DNA of 53,776 nucleotides, the filler included, from Stramenopiles sp. TOSAG23-3 (taxonomy: Eukaryota): assembly GCA_900128585.1 (NCBI GenBank). It is 4 parts of 4 records of this genome, joined end to end, with 100 filler letters (N's around TTAATTAATTAA, not from the genome) between each part and the next. Parts side by side here need not be neighbours in the genome. Positions count along the whole stretch, not along the records: positions 40,448 to 53,776 come from LT642631.1; 3 more parts are not named here. One strand, given 5' to 3'. Shown here piece by piece: positions 53,157-53,776 of this stretch. The notes beneath the pieces are model-generated. The model was not told the origin of the DNA. It ran no database searches and was given only the letters and a program-made list of their open reading frames with translations. The first letter of the stretch is position 1. Every line of letters begins with the position of its first letter. Both the position numbers and the translations under genes were made by a program.

Positions 53157-53776
53157 AGGTCCCCAGGAAAATTAGCCGTACCATTATAATGGACAAAAAA
53201 GTGCCTTCATCCCTATTATAGGATATAATTTCGTAGTCTATTAACTACAGGAAAATAAATTTACCTTTTAAATATTTTTTTTCATGTTTTTTATAAAAAA
53301 AAAAAACTTTAATATATAGTATGAAAATCGTTCAACACCTCCTTCATCAACCTTGAACACATTTCATCAGAAACATCACCAGGGACATGTGCCTGTCTGA
53401 AATCTATCAATAGTTGCTTGAAGTTGGCATGTAAAGTCTCCATGAATTAAGTCTCCACACAAAACTGGCCTGCCTGCCAAAAGCTGTAGGACCTCGCCGA
53501 TACCTTCCTGGCAGGGCGGCAGCGGGCTCGGCGGGCAGGGACGTTTAGATGGAATTAAACCTCTATATACTCTTCAGAGAACGTTGTCGGCGGTGGTGGT
53601 GGGCTCGGCGGCGACGGCTCGGTGGCAGCGGCGGTTGCAACGTTGAACACTGCCAACTGGTTGTTCCAAAATTCGAATTTTGCACCCACCACAAAACCCC
53701 CCGGTTGGCCCTTACAAAAAAAAATTATATGAATGCAACACTTATCTTGCACTGATTTAGGTCTATAACCACTACC

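Overview
Gene-dense, intron-poor eukaryotic DNA in the standard genetic code, with GC-richer CDS, AT-rich intergenic DNA and (GAA)n tracts. Gene content (CCDC81-HU/calcyphosin, PPEF, MORN, TM-LRR, ROCO) suggests a flagellated protist, probably a stramenopile (inference). The window is four contigs joined by artificial N44-TTAATTAATTAA-N44 linkers, so synteny across 13406, 26889 and 40348 is unproven. About 23 protein genes are supported, including GALE, ESD, ADH class III, RABGGTA, METTL13, TMEM184, an acyl-protein thioesterase and an SLC43-like transporter. The most striking locus is 21847-26888 (-), a ROCO GTPase with near-identical 126-bp WD40 repeats that differ only by non-synonymous changes, a FYVE-like finger inserted in Roc, and an MLKL/HeLo-like four-helix bundle after COR. 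It is a candidate hypervariable immune or cell-death receptor. Also notable: a gustatory-receptor-like 7TM channel candidate, a pseudo-GATase/pseudo-GDPD fusion, a linked ESD-ADH3 formaldehyde-detoxification pair, a dispersed repeat found at four gene 3' ends, a 30-bp perfect inverted repeat, an ATG split by an intron, and several short frameshifting deletions that may be artefacts. All family assignments come from motif recognition by eye, not from database searches.
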